In this document: positions 9,525 through 20,724 of the stretch, piece after piece | Numbering within the stretch: the first letter of the stretch is position 1 | How the letters are laid out: each line of letters begins with the position of its first letter | Origin: a virus | Lineage: Duplodnaviria; Caudoviricetes | DNA: 64,000 nucleotides | Virus record (IMG/VR): IMGVR_UViG_3300031555_003522 | Span: 143,862-207,861 of that record | Strand: one strand, 5' to 3' | Notes under the pieces: generated by a model | Databases searched by the model: none | What the model was told of the DNA's origin: nothing | Seen by the model: only the letters and a program-made list of their open reading frames with translations | Made by a program: the position numbers and the translations under genes

Positions 9525-11096
9525 TTACATAGTAGTCTTCCACTGCAACATGCTCAGAAGCAGTTCTTCAGAAACTACCTTACCAGAAGATGCAGCTTCA
9601 GCAGACTCTGCAACATTAGCAGAAGTGACAATGTTGGAGACCAAAACAGCATTCTCATCAGTGTAAGTCTTTGCGCCAGCAATAGCTTCAGTCTTAACGC
9701 CTGCCAGAGTCTCAGTCAGACCAGTGATCTTAGACTGAGGAACAGCGTTAATAGAAGCAGTACCATTAGCATCGACACCGATAGTAGCACCATCGGGCTT
9801 AACACCACCAATGGAATTTACAGTTGCAACAGGAAGCTCATAGACCTTGACATCCTGACCGTCAACAGCAATATGACCATTGGTTTCACCAGCAACGACA
9901 CTCTGTACGGCAGTATCAGCCTTAGCACCCTGCTCAGCAGTAGCAAAAGCATCAGGATCGTAGGCATCAGTAACAGCCTTTACCTCAGCAATAGCATCAG
10001 CAAGCTCCTTTTCCTTGGCCATAGCACGAGTCTCTTCCGCTTTAACAGCCTCAGCAATGTAGCCAAATACAGTAGTAGCAGTAGCACCCTCGGGCAGAGC
10101 ACCAACCAGTTCTTCCAGAGCCTTAATAGCAGTAGCATTGCTATTGATATTTTCATTCATCTTGGTGACATCGGTTGCATGATTCTCAGCCCAATCAACC
10201 AGTTCCTTCAGAGTGTCGAGGCCCTCAGAGCCTTCACCATCCAGATAAGTACTAATAACCTGAGCAATCTTGTAATCGACGGAACCCTCAGTCTGAGCAT
10301 TGGCATTCAGAGTCTTAATATCATTTTCGGTCTTAGTAACACGATCAGACAGAGCACCTTCAGCATTAGTAGCACGCTCAACCTCTTCGGCCAGCGCCTC
10401 ATCCTGAGTAGTCTTGTTGTTATCAACCTTAGTGTTGATTGCTTCGACTTCCTTCTGCAGGGAAGACATACTGGAAGACAGACCTTCAACGGTAATACGA
10501 GAGGGCTCGTACCAAGCCAGCTCATAGCCATTACCGGCAGCATTAGCAACAGCCTTGGGCTCCAAGCCACCAACCCAGCCCTGGGTCAGTTCATAGTAGC
10601 CATTAGTCTGAGGAGTAGTAGTAGCCTGTGCCCAAGCACCCTCGAGATACTGATAATAGACATCGCCAATCTTGACATAGTCTCTTTCAGAAGGAGATTC
10701 GGGCATAGCATCGGGATAGGTATACTCGCCTTCCAGAACGACATCTTCCATGTACTTATAGTACTCGACGCCGAAAGCCTTCAGACCAATAGTGCCACCA
10801 TCGCCGACAGAAATTGTCTTATCATCACCAACAACACGAGCACCCAGCTCCTTCAGAGTCTTATCGGGCTCGATAGAGTAATGAGTAACAACACCGTTTT
10901 CATAAACGGTGATCTTCTGGCCGATATAATACTTAGTATTAGTAGAGCCAGCATTCTCAGCAGTCTGAGCCGCAGCAAAGGCTTCATTATAGCTACCAAA
11001 CATGCTTCTCACGTCAAGCGGGAATGCACTCTTGGGCTCAAAGCCAACGGCAAAGCTCAGAATATTAGTTACCTTTTCATAACTATTTGCGCTCAT
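9525..11096 (-). CDS. Tail fibre-like virion protein with coiled coil
   Basis: 523 aa; FPLDVRS N-terminus, ERATNAE/LDTLKEL coiled-coil repeats, LPVATVNSIGGVK fibre motif. Confidence 0.6.
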   Translation of the reverse strand: MSANSYEKVTNILSFAVGFEPKSAFPLDVRSMFGSYNEAFAAAQTAENAGSTNTKYYIGQKITVYENGVVTHYSIEPDKTLKELGARVVGDDKTISVGDGGTIGLKAFGVEYYKYMEDVVLEGEYTYPDAMPESPSERDYVKIGDVYYQYLEGAWAQATTTPQTNGYYELTQGWVGGLEPKAVANAAGNGYELAWYEPSRITVEGLSSSMSSLQKEVEAINTKVDNNKTTQDEALAEEVERATNAEGALSDRVTKTENDIKTLNANAQTEGSVDYKIAQVISTYLDGEGSEGLDTLKELVDWAENHATDVTKMNENINSNATAIKALEELVGALPEGATATTVFGYIAEAVKAEETRAMAKEKELADAIAEVKAVTDAYDPDAFATAEQGAKADTAVQSVVAGETNGHIAVDGQDVKVYELPVATVNSIGGVKPDGATIGVDANGTASINAVPQSKITGLTETLAGVKTEAIAGAKTYTDENAVLVSNIVTSANVAESAEAASSGKVVSEELLLSMLQWKTTM

Positions 11097-11113
11097 TATT
11101 CTTTACCTCCTTC

Positions 11114-13036
11114 TTACAGAGTTACAGAGTAGGTGTTTTCCTTAGTGCTGGGATCAGAAGCATCCTCGTAGAAGACTACATAAGGAACAGCCTGATATCC
11201 ATTAGCACCCTCGACATTCACCTGTACATTAAGGAAAGCGGTGTTGATCTGAGCCATCATACCATTGTTATCAATGACAGAAGCCAGAGCAGCAACACCA
11301 ATAGAAGCGGGAACAGCAATAACAGTTCTCAGAGTACCGACAGGAATAGTCATATCAAATGCATGACCAGCAGCAACAGCTGCATCAGACTTACTCAGAC
11401 CACGAATGACAGCAGAAGTCAGTTCAGTCTTAGCAGTCAGACAGCCATAGAACATGTTACGATAGCCAGTAATAGCGGAAGAAGTCTTAGACTTGCTGCC
11501 ACCTTTAATCTGACCTGCAGCATAGGGATTACAAGTATTGGTAACAGGAATAGCGCCATCACCATAAGTTGCAGTAGCAGAAACAGTATAGTTGGTGTCA
11601 TCGGTAACAGTAATTCCATCAAAGGAACCATTGTTGCTAGTAGAGGAACCACCATCGGAGTTAGTTACCTCCCAAGAGGTAGCAGTAACACCAGTAGCGG
11701 GGCCATAAGTATACTTACCAGCATTCAGAGATGCAGCATAAGTAACATCGACAGAAGTACCAACTTCATACTCGCCAGCCTGATTCAAGGTTATAGAAAC
11801 AGAGGGCTGAGTAGTACTGGGATTAGCTTCCTTAATATAGATAGAATTCCAGACATCAATCAGGTTCTTTCCCTTAGCAGGAATAGTAGCCTGACCATTG
11901 GTCAACTTAAAGTTGCCAATTGCAGTCGTAGTGCTCAGATCTTCAGGGAAGAATACATTAGCAGCACTGTAATTGCCATCCATAGCTTCCCATGCGGTGC
12001 CATTGAAGACATATGCAGTATGCTGATACTTACCAGTACCCTCACCGATCTCAGTACGAACAATGCAAATATCGTGCTCAACAGGTGTATTGCCAGCAAC
12101 AGCTTCATCGATAGAAGCACCGATATATACCTTAGAGTTGGAGCCCAGATCCTCGAAGTTCTTGCCAGAATCAACAGCCTGGCCATCAGCACCCAGAACC
12201 AGAATATTGCCCTCAACACCATCGGTAACCTTATCCATCTTACCAGAGATGTCAATGGGTGCAACATACAGACCATTTTCATCAACAGTAATCAGGTTGT
12301 CAGAAGCGGTAGAAATCTTGACAGCACCAGTAATAGTATTACCAGTAACAGACAGATCAAGAGTGGTACTACCCTCGGCTTTATAGATATCAACCAGATC
12401 TTCAACAGGAATAGTGACAAAGTCAGTCTTCTCAGCATCGAAATACAGGTAGATAGCCTTTTCATCTACATTATATTCACCAGAGCTAACGAAACGTTCC
12501 AGATCGAGCTTAACTGCATTACCCAGAACATTACCACTAGCATCCAGCATCTTTAACTCACCACTAGCGGCAGTATACTGCAGGCTTACACCGAGACCAT
12601 CGAATACGATACTTTCGGTGCTATCATCGCCCTTAGTAACAGTTAACAGATGCTCAGCACTGTCCCAAGACAGTGCACTAACGCTACCTTCTGCAGTAGC
12701 CATCTTAGCCAGTTCACTAGCAACATAGGCCACGACAGCCTTGCCAGAAACGGGCACCTTTGCCTCGTCGATAACAGAATCAGACACAGCATTAATAACA
12801 GTCTTCCAACCATTAACAGCGCCCTGCCAGATCTTACCTTCGAGAGTTTCAGAATTAATGTACAATCTATTCAGAGCGGGAGACGTCGGCAGAGTTCCAG
12901 TATACATGATAACAGACTCTGTAAACGGCTCAGAACCCCGATAGATTTCTCGAGTGTCACTCAAAAAGTACATATGCCCTTCCTGGGGCGTACCATTGTG
13001 AAACATCTCAGATGTGACAAAATGCCAATTAATCAT
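11114..13036 (-). CDS. Tail fibre-like virion protein
   Basis: ATG at 13036 after GGAGG; YFLSDTREIYRG module; Thr/Gly-rich Ig-like C-terminal half. Confidence 0.6.
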   Translation of the reverse strand: MINWHFVTSEMFHNGTPQEGHMYFLSDTREIYRGSEPFTESVIMYTGTLPTSPALNRLYINSETLEGKIWQGAVNGWKTVINAVSDSVIDEAKVPVSGKAVVAYVASELAKMATAEGSVSALSWDSAEHLLTVTKGDDSTESIVFDGLGVSLQYTAASGELKMLDASGNVLGNAVKLDLERFVSSGEYNVDEKAIYLYFDAEKTDFVTIPVEDLVDIYKAEGSTTLDLSVTGNTITGAVKISTASDNLITVDENGLYVAPIDISGKMDKVTDGVEGNILVLGADGQAVDSGKNFEDLGSNSKVYIGASIDEAVAGNTPVEHDICIVRTEIGEGTGKYQHTAYVFNGTAWEAMDGNYSAANVFFPEDLSTTTAIGNFKLTNGQATIPAKGKNLIDVWNSIYIKEANPSTTQPSVSITLNQAGEYEVGTSVDVTYAASLNAGKYTYGPATGVTATSWEVTNSDGGSSTSNNGSFDGITVTDDTNYTVSATATYGDGAIPVTNTCNPYAAGQIKGGSKSKTSSAITGYRNMFYGCLTAKTELTSAVIRGLSKSDAAVAAGHAFDMTIPVGTLRTVIAVPASIGVAALASVIDNNGMMAQINTAFLNVQVNVEGANGYQAVPYVVFYEDASDPSTKENTYSVTL

Positions 13037-13220
13037 AAGGTGTTTTTCCTCCTTTATAAAATAATTATAAATCGAAAAATTCATAGTCCCATAAGGAATC
13101 TATTACTCAAATGTTCATCATTGTAGGCATCTCTCGACCTTAGTTTTACCATCTATAAACCAACCAAAAAAAAATAAAATAAAAGATATAGAGGTCTCCA
13201 CTGGGAGACCTCTATATTAA

Positions 13221-14774
13221 TTACTTTTCACTTTCCCTTTTCTTACGAATCTTATAGGAGTTAATAAGAGATCTTGCACGACTTGCCTGAACTGCAAAGG
13301 CACGAGCAACCCTTTCAACATCTTTGCTCTCAAGAGCATCTTTCTGTGTTCTGGTAAGATGGCGGCTCTTACCGAGAATCATTCTGGGATTATAGTGGTT
13401 ATAGAGCATGCTTAAGAAGAATTCCTTATCTTCATCCATGACATTCTCTGGAACAGGCTTGGTACCATGAAGAATATCATAATGATTATTATAGGAATAC
13501 TTATAAGGCTCGCTCAAACGCATTACGACTGTATAGATATAAGAATCTATCACATTCTTACTGCAGGCTCTACCATTTGCAAAAGTATCTTGAAGATCTT
13601 CTTCATATGCTCTGTCTCCAAATACAACATAGAGAGGATTAAATGCAAGAATTCTATTGATCTTGCCGAGTATACCCTCTGCTGTGGCAAGACTACAGCG
13701 CTCATTGATATGGAACTCATTTACATCAGATCTTGCAGCATCAATGATGAGTTTCATATTTGCTGTAGATTTTATGGAACTTGTCATAATAATATCCCAT
13801 TTTACAATAGCAGCTTTATCATCTTTTTCTACTTCCATATCCTGATAGTAGCGTCTGATTCTATCTGCAGGGATATTACGATATTTGAAGATGGCGTCAT
13901 CAAGACTCATGCCAGATTCGTAGATTTCTTTAACCGTGATCTCCGGCTTTGTCCTAGTGGTAGGCTCTTTAGGATCAAAAAGTCTCTTAGCATTCTTCAA
14001 CATCTGACTTGCATCGCTCTTAGATACATTATACTTCTCAACAATCATAGCGATACTGGAGCAAGCAATGCTGATACATTCTGTCTCGCTAAATAAATGC
14101 CTTCTATTTTTTGCAGGAGCTCTATAGGAAGGATTATTATTCTTAGTCCTATCGTTTCCTACATTGTTTACAACAGGAGTAGGAAGCAGATCAAAGAATT
14201 GCTCGGCAGACTCTGTATTAGAATTATTAGTATAGATAGGAATTCCTGCTTCTTCTGCTTTACGAAGGATTTCGGAATTTGGAACTTCAAAGTCTACTGA
14301 GTCAGCATTCTGTTCAATGATAACTACAGCAGTCTTATCTTCCTTGGGCATTTCCTTTTTGACAGGAGATTCTACTACCTCCTTAGGAACTTCCTTTTTA
14401 GCTTCGGGAATATTAAGGGCTTCCTTATAGGGAACCTTATCAATATACTCGAAAGCGGTATCTTCGATAATAATATCTCCGAGATAAAGAGAGGAGATTG
14501 CATTGATGATGAGCACATATTGACGTCTGCTGAGCTTCTTATAAAGCTCATACTTGGTAGTACTCATCTTAGTCCAGGGTACATAGATGATACGATCGAT
14601 ACATACTGTACCCACAGTATCATCAATCTTCAGCTCGGGGATATTCGCATATACTTCCTGCACATAGTTATCTGTATTGCAGTAAGCAAATGTAGCTCCG
14701 AATTTTGTTGTGTTGAAAACAAGCATAAAGCTACCTCTGCCGTTTCCATAGACATTACCATTTTCAAGTCTCAT
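13221..14774 (-). CDS. Hypothetical early protein with a degenerate PemK/MazF-like N-terminal domain; paralogue of 26967-27575
   Basis: 517 aa; TVCIDRIIYV..LIINAISSLYLG; helical repeat shared with 26967; early motif and AAAGGAGA RBS upstream. Confidence 0.5.
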   Translation of the reverse strand: MRLENGNVYGNGRGSFMLVFNTTKFGATFAYCNTDNYVQEVYANIPELKIDDTVGTVCIDRIIYVPWTKMSTTKYELYKKLSRRQYVLIINAISSLYLGDIIIEDTAFEYIDKVPYKEALNIPEAKKEVPKEVVESPVKKEMPKEDKTAVVIIEQNADSVDFEVPNSEILRKAEEAGIPIYTNNSNTESAEQFFDLLPTPVVNNVGNDRTKNNNPSYRAPAKNRRHLFSETECISIACSSIAMIVEKYNVSKSDASQMLKNAKRLFDPKEPTTRTKPEITVKEIYESGMSLDDAIFKYRNIPADRIRRYYQDMEVEKDDKAAIVKWDIIMTSSIKSTANMKLIIDAARSDVNEFHINERCSLATAEGILGKINRILAFNPLYVVFGDRAYEEDLQDTFANGRACSKNVIDSYIYTVVMRLSEPYKYSYNNHYDILHGTKPVPENVMDEDKEFFLSMLYNHYNPRMILGKSRHLTRTQKDALESKDVERVARAFAVQASRARSLINSYKIRKKRESEK

Positions 14775-14940
14775 GATTCATTCTCCTTTAATTTGTTTAT
14801 TTTTATTTGTGTGTGGAGTTGAGTATAGAATTTAATATGTGTATGTGTGGTTTTGAATTATCCATACTCATAATTATAATATACAAGAAAAATAAATCAA
14901 AAATACAAGGGAAGGCTCTATTAAGCCTTCCCTTTATATA

Positions 14941-15981
14941 TTACATACCTTCAATAAATCCATTATCTGTAGAAGAATCGCCCATACCATTAGTCCAGCT
15001 GATAGCACTTTTAATGGTTGTCACTTCTTCCTTAAGTTCTGTAACATCCTTCTCAACAACAGTAACATCACCGATTTTGGTTAGCCATTCCTCTTCAGTA
15101 CCTTCAAACCCATTTTCTTTGGCAACCTCGTATGCAGATAAACCTCTAGGTCCACGGATACTTTCGAGCCATTCCTCTTCGGTACCTTCATAACCATGGT
15201 CAAGAGCAATCTCATAAGCAGATTTTCCATCTTTACCATTTTCTCCACTAGCACCCTTAAGAGACTCGAGCCATTCCTCTTCAGTACCTTCAAATCCATG
15301 CTCTACGGCAATTTCATAAGCAGACTTACCATCTGCCCCAGTACCGCCGCCACCAGCCATGATCATATTGATCCATTCTTCTTCAGTACCTTCATAACCG
15401 TATTCTACAGCGATCTCGTAAGCAGACTTACCATCTTTACCACGGATACTTTCGAGCCATTCTTCTTCGGTACCTTCATAGCCGTTATTTACTGCAATTT
15501 CATAAGCACTATAGCCTCGTTCACCCTTAAGACTTTCGAGCCACTCTTCTCTAGTACCTTCAAATCCGCAATCTACAGCAATCTCATAGTTATCCTTACC
15601 AGGATCACCCTTCAGAGATTCCAGCCAGTCTGTTACAGTACCAACGAAACCATGCTCAACAGCAATTCTATAAGCATCATTAGGAGTTACATCCTTTAAC
15701 AACTGCACCTGATGGAAGTAGATTCTTTCTTTTCTACTATTATTATCACAAGACCAGTCGAAAAGAATATAGCTATTCTGAGGCATAGCGCGATTCTGAA
15801 CCACGTTCAGAATCCTACCAGTACGGTTTACACTCTTACCGTCTTTAATATAATATAATTCATAAAGACCATCATCGGTAACAACAACATTCTCGACCAT
15901 TCCATGACCGAGAGTGACAGTAATTCTATATACCTTTTTATCAATAGGATCTGCGGAAATAATTGGCATTTCCTTAAGCAC
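14941..15981 (-). CDS. Virion protein with collagen-like GKSAYEIAV.GxEGTEEEWL repeats
   Basis: 346 aa, about 7 tandem repeats of ~29 aa. Confidence 0.7.
   Translation of the reverse strand: MLKEMPIISADPIDKKVYRITVTLGHGMVENVVVTDDGLYELYYIKDGKSVNRTGRILNVVQNRAMPQNSYILFDWSCDNNSRKERIYFHQVQLLKDVTPNDAYRIAVEHGFVGTVTDWLESLKGDPGKDNYEIAVDCGFEGTREEWLESLKGERGYSAYEIAVNNGYEGTEEEWLESIRGKDGKSAYEIAVEYGYEGTEEEWINMIMAGGGGTGADGKSAYEIAVEHGFEGTEEEWLESLKGASGENGKDGKSAYEIALDHGYEGTEEEWLESIRGPRGLSAYEVAKENGFEGTEEEWLTKIGDVTVVEKDVTELKEEVTTIKSAISWTNGMGDSSTDNGFIEGM
15090..15680 (-). repeat. Coding tandem repeat (~87-nt units)
   Basis: Repeated plus-strand ..CCATTCCTCTTC(A/G)GTACCTTCA.. units. Confidence 0.8.
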
Positions 15982-16052
15982 CTCCTTTAAGATTTTATTA
16001 GATAGTTAAGAGTAAGAAGCCCTATACCTAGCCAGGTATAGGGCTTTAAATT

Positions 16053-17210
16053 TTATACACCGAGATAGAACTTTAGAACTTCGCCCAAATCTACATCAAA
16101 CTTGGATTCTTTACTATTAACCGAAACTTTATCTCCATTCACAGAAACTTTATAATCACCCAAAAGATAGCATTTACCTTCAGGCTTAGGCTTATGTGGT
16201 CTAAAATGACCACAAGTTTCGGGTTTACAAGTTCCGCTATTATGAGAACAGCATGCACATACATTCTCTACGATATCACCCTCAGTTTCAGAAGATGCAT
16301 CTCCAGATACATACTTGCAGTCTCTAATGCTATCCAGAATAATTGTGGTGTAATGTCCACTAAAATCTTCAGAGGTATCAAAGATAAGCTTAACCTTCTT
16401 TACAGGATGAGCTTCCATGAAATCCTTTTTACTAGTACGAGATGTAATAATTTCATTATTACATCCAACAGTCTCTCTAACAAAGCCTTTACCATTTTTA
16501 CCAGGCTCGTCTATAAACTCATGAATAGATTCGAGTTTACCTCTAACCTCATAAATGGTATTATCTCTCTTAGAAAGATATGCGATATCATAAATATTTC
16601 CTACAGCTAAGTCTACATACTTAACAGCATCTTCAAGACAATCATCGAAGAACTCTAAATGTATAACTATAGCCTTAACCATAGTTGCAGAAATTCCAAG
16701 AATCATAACTCTAGTTCCCCTTTCGTGTTTTGGTTTATCATTAGGATCCATATTTTCTCTATTAAATCTAATATCAATAATATTATTTATTGGAATATAG
16801 ACAGTAATAGGAGATTCATATTTATCAGATCTAGGAGGATTCAAAACACAGTTGCAAATAGGAATAGATTTAGGATTACTCTTATTAGAGCAAGCCCTAA
16901 CACAGGACTTGCATTCTACTGTGCAAGACTTATTATCTTCTCTATACTTGAATTGAATGCATGGCTCAATTCGATCTCCTTCACCATATATAGCCTCAAC
17001 AAGTCCTACAAGATTCTTAACTGTACCAAGTTTGGTATCATAGTATTTAATAATGTATTCCATACCAGGAAATACAAGTATTTCTCTTAAATCATATCCA
17101 GGATTAAATAAAGAAGATATTTTAATCCTAGCATAATTGGATAACTCTGATGTCACATTACTTATTACGGTTGTGCATCTTTCCTGACTTGGATTTGTCC
17201 ACAGACTCAT
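16053..17210 (-). CDS. Hypothetical Cys-rich protein
   Basis: ORF 16053..17315, likely start MSLW at 17210 after GGAGG; C-terminal half resembles the N-terminus of 14941-15981. Confidence 0.6.
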   Translation of the reverse strand: MSLWTNPSQERCTTVISNVTSELSNYARIKISSLFNPGYDLREILVFPGMEYIIKYYDTKLGTVKNLVGLVEAIYGEGDRIEPCIQFKYREDNKSCTVECKSCVRACSNKSNPKSIPICNCVLNPPRSDKYESPITVYIPINNIIDIRFNRENMDPNDKPKHERGTRVMILGISATMVKAIVIHLEFFDDCLEDAVKYVDLAVGNIYDIAYLSKRDNTIYEVRGKLESIHEFIDEPGKNGKGFVRETVGCNNEIITSRTSKKDFMEAHPVKKVKLIFDTSEDFSGHYTTIILDSIRDCKYVSGDASSETEGDIVENVCACCSHNSGTCKPETCGHFRPHKPKPEGKCYLLGDYKVSVNGDKVSVNSKESKFDVDLGEVLKFYLGV

Positions 17211-18396
17211 TAAATTCATCCTCCTTATTGCGAATAAAGACGATTGTATCGCAAATATTATTAATAAGTTCAGTGGCAAAATCTGTCTTGGCTTCCTGGG
17301 TGTGCTTAAGTACAATGATATTCTTAATCATGTAGTACATATATGCAGCATCCACAACATTATTGGGATCAAGATTTCTACAAGATTCACAGATCAATAT
17401 ACAGAATTTGGTTACATCCTCAACAGTAAAGTCTAGATCAATTAACTTCTTATACTTCTCAGGAATCTCCTCTCCAGATTCTTCATGCATACTTGCAACT
17501 TGATGAGGTTCATTCATCAAGATATCTATAAGTATTTCTGGTATCTGCCTGACATCATTCATTTTAAAATTACTTCTGCTATTCAAAAGATTGAAACTGT
17601 CTAGGCATCTATTTCCTTCTCTCTCCCAACGACGAATAGCTTTACGTACTCGAGCATTAGTATCATAAGAATCCTTAGCAAAGCTAAAGGTATAAGATCT
17701 TATAAATGCATCTCTTACTTCTAATAAACGAGCAGCCTTATCGGGAAATTCATCCTTAATCTTTTCTGCCATCTCAGGAATATATGTCTCCATTACATTC
17801 TTTGTATGCTCGCTATACAAATCAATTACAGAAGGCATCTCTAATGCTTCATCAATAGCTTTCTCGAGATCAACAAAAGCATCATCTATTTTACTATCAG
17901 ATATAAACTCATCAAGTATCATACATGCTACACTATTCCAATTAGATGCAGGAATATTATTAGCTATTGCTAGCTGTCTAACAGTTTCCTTCATCGATTC
18001 AGGCATATTTTTATATACAGGATAATTTCTATCCTTTTTATACTTAGATATTAGACTAACAAATTCCATCATTTCCTCTTCATTCATCGGATTATCAGAT
18101 TCTGGCTGAGGAATAATAGAATTTTCAGGAATCTTTCCTCCATTTTCAAAAACTTCTTTAATAGCTTCTTCCATAGAGGTCTTTCCTGTTCCATTTTCGC
18201 CCATAATTAGTACTGGATGACTTGTCATACCAGTTACAAATGCAGGCTCTAATTCAGCATCGGGATTAATCTCTGTATTTACTTTTGCTTCGATAACTTT
18301 TTCATCATTAGATTCAGATGCTGTAGTAATAACAGCTTCAAGCTGCTCATCGGTCAATATAGTGGGATTTTTATTTTCCATTTCATTTTCCTCCAT
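17158..18396 (-). CDS. Hypothetical protein
   Basis: 412 aa ORF, acidic N-terminus, in an operon. Confidence 0.7.
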   Translation of the reverse strand: MEENEMENKNPTILTDEQLEAVITTASESNDEKVIEAKVNTEINPDAELEPAFVTGMTSHPVLIMGENGTGKTSMEEAIKEVFENGGKIPENSIIPQPESDNPMNEEEMMEFVSLISKYKKDRNYPVYKNMPESMKETVRQLAIANNIPASNWNSVACMILDEFISDSKIDDAFVDLEKAIDEALEMPSVIDLYSEHTKNVMETYIPEMAEKIKDEFPDKAARLLEVRDAFIRSYTFSFAKDSYDTNARVRKAIRRWEREGNRCLDSFNLLNSRSNFKMNDVRQIPEILIDILMNEPHQVASMHEESGEEIPEKYKKLIDLDFTVEDVTKFCILICESCRNLDPNNVVDAAYMYYMIKNIIVLKHTQEAKTDFATELINNICDTIVFIRNKEDEFNESVDKSKSGKMHNRNK

Positions 18397-18398
18397 AT

Positions 18399-19223
18399 TT
18401 ATTCTACTTCACCTTCAGAATTAGATACATGCTGAGGAGCTCCATCGATATCTGTAGTAGCCTGATCATGTACCATAGCAATTTCCTGAAGCTTAAATCT
18501 AATTGCCGTAATTATATCAGCTCTAATATCGCTATTAAGAACTCTTACATATGCTACTTGGAAGAAGTCATTTTCTGCAGATAGAATGCTTGTAATAAAC
18601 TTCTTCTTATCAGAGTTATTTCCAAAAATAGTAGAGATGATTAAATGGTAAGGAATATCCATAGAACAGACACCACTTACAACAGCATCAATATTAGCAT
18701 TAATTACAGCGAGTTTAATATCTTTGTATATCTTCTTGCCATAAATAGTGCTACTATCTTTATTTTTCTTCATCTCAGAAAGATTGAAATTGTCATAGAT
18801 ATAGGATCTTTCTTTATAAATAAAATTAGCAAAGAAAGACACCATATTTTCTGTAAAGCTGGAGACCATTAATTCATATAAATGATAAGCTGCAGAATAT
18901 AGATCTACAGTGTCATCAATAGTGAAATTCATTCCAAATTCTTTACAAATAGTATCAATGATTTCAGAGTATGTTTCATTTCTGACTCTCATCACTTCTT
19001 CTTTACTACTATCGCCATACTGAGCTATAATAGCTTTGAAGTTCTGCTCCCACCCAGCAACCACATTAGGATATGCTACAACAGGAACATTCATAAATCT
19101 GTATTTTAGGCATTGATCAATAATACTGAAAACGAAATCGGAGTTATAGTGAGATAAAACCTCCGCTAATTCGTTTTCAGTAACCACATTGTATACCTGG
19201 GAATTTGCAGTAAAACTACTCAT
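18399..19223 (-). CDS. Hypothetical protein (probably late/structural)
   Basis: 274 aa; AGGAG RBS; AACT-N6-TA upstream. Confidence 0.7.
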   Translation of the reverse strand: MSSFTANSQVYNVVTENELAEVLSHYNSDFVFSIIDQCLKYRFMNVPVVAYPNVVAGWEQNFKAIIAQYGDSSKEEVMRVRNETYSEIIDTICKEFGMNFTIDDTVDLYSAAYHLYELMVSSFTENMVSFFANFIYKERSYIYDNFNLSEMKKNKDSSTIYGKKIYKDIKLAVINANIDAVVSGVCSMDIPYHLIISTIFGNNSDKKKFITSILSAENDFFQVAYVRVLNSDIRADIITAIRFKLQEIAMVHDQATTDIDGAPQHVSNSEGEVE

Positions 19224-19324
19224 TATTAAGCTCCTTTCAAATTATACAATTTTACCAATAAGTTCAGCAAAAAATAAATATGGAAAAGAATAGACCATCT
19301 AAGTTTCCTTAGATGGTCTATAAT

Positions 19325-19921
19325 TTAATTTGTTGGTACAAAATGAATATCATCAGGATCTAATATGGATTCGGCTATAATGCCAAATTCAGTATAGATC
19401 TTTTTGTAATCATCTTTATAATTTGTTCCATAATCGCATATAATTTGGTTAAGATAATCGGTATTGGCATGAAGCGTGATTCCCAAGATAGGTTTTCCCA
19501 TACTATCCTTTTCTATCACACTTCCAAGAATTGTATTTAAATAAAACGGATTAGCGTCAGAAGGACTAATAGTTATCGTATGCCCATTATTCATATCGAT
19601 ATTGCTAGAAGATTTAAGTCTAGTCATTGATGGAAGGAAATGATCTTTGTTATCATTTATAAATCCGACTACAGAAATTGCTGGATGCCCACATACGCCT
19701 ATTTTGGAAATATCAATTTTTAAATTAGATTGAATGTTTATAAAGATATTGATGGGTTGATCAATATGAGCTTCTACAGAATCCTTTACCCTTATACACC
19801 TTAATACTTCATTAATGTTTCGATCTATAACGATCACGTAGCCAGAATCTGCTGCAGTATGAATAGAATAATTCCCATTCAGCATACTTTCCATTAAAGT
19901 GATGATATCAAGTTTATCCAT
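19325..19921 (-). CDS. Hypothetical protein
   Basis: ATG at 19921 after AGGAGG; early-type motif upstream. Confidence 0.6.
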   Translation of the reverse strand: MDKLDIITLMESMLNGNYSIHTAADSGYVIVIDRNINEVLRCIRVKDSVEAHIDQPINIFINIQSNLKIDISKIGVCGHPAISVVGFINDNKDHFLPSMTRLKSSSNIDMNNGHTITISPSDANPFYLNTILGSVIEKDSMGKPILGITLHANTDYLNQIICDYGTNYKDDYKKIYTEFGIIAESILDPDDIHFVPTN

Positions 19922-20021
19922 TATAAAAATACCTCCTAAGTATTTTATTATATTCATAATTATAGTATCTAATAAAAAATAAAAAGAATTCCCCATCCTA
20001 TTTCTAGGATGGGGATAATCA

Positions 20022-20724
20022 TTAGAACTGAATCATATTTGTAGAATTATTATTAGAGCCACCTCTAAATATTCCGATAGATTCTATCGGGAAACCCTTC
20101 AGATTGTTATTAATGATTTCATCATAATTAACAAATGGAAGTATCCAAGCAGGAACTGGTTCATTTAGAGGAATAGCTATAGCATCTATTCCAGTAGCAT
20201 ACTCTTTCTGCTTCATAAGCTCCACAGCCTTTTCATATACATAAGGATGAGACTCTCTAATTCTATCAATATTCTTAGGGGTTATATTAACTTTAGCAAC
20301 ATCGATAGAATTCCGAATACTCATATCCAATGCTTCTGTCCCAGGCTCATGAAGAGCATTATAAGCTTGAGATGCTACTATACCTTGAATTCTCATGGGA
20401 TTTTCATATGCTGATAGAGATTTTACCTTAAGAGGCTTAAAGAATTTCTTCTCACCACTCTGAATAGATTGATATATTTTCTTTTCCTCTTTAGCCAAAT
20501 CTCTAAGAACAACAATAGGATCTATAGATTCCACATTCAATATATCTTCTGCAAGTATTCGCTTTAAGTCAGCCTGAATAGTTGGATTGACTGTAGACTT
20601 AACAAATACTTCCATGCCTTTTGCATCAATAGATTTTGCATCAGGAACCTGGTTTCCTTCCTGAAGCTCAACCTTATATGCATAGTGTTTCTTTGCATGA
20701 CTAGATAGAAGAACACGCTTGAAT
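20022..20724 (-). CDS. DNA polymerase exon 6 (KKHY motif, thumb)
   Basis: Reads FKRVLLSSHAKKHYAYKVELQEG..KGMEVF into ORF 20022..20615. Confidence 0.85.

Noticed and set aside
15090-15680. Possible CRISPR array
   Set aside because: Repeats are in-frame coding units with synonymous variation and no unique spacers
17158-18396. GENGTGKT as a P-loop ATPase
   Set aside because: Lies in an acidic, apparently disordered N-terminal region with no Walker B seen; likely chance or vestigial
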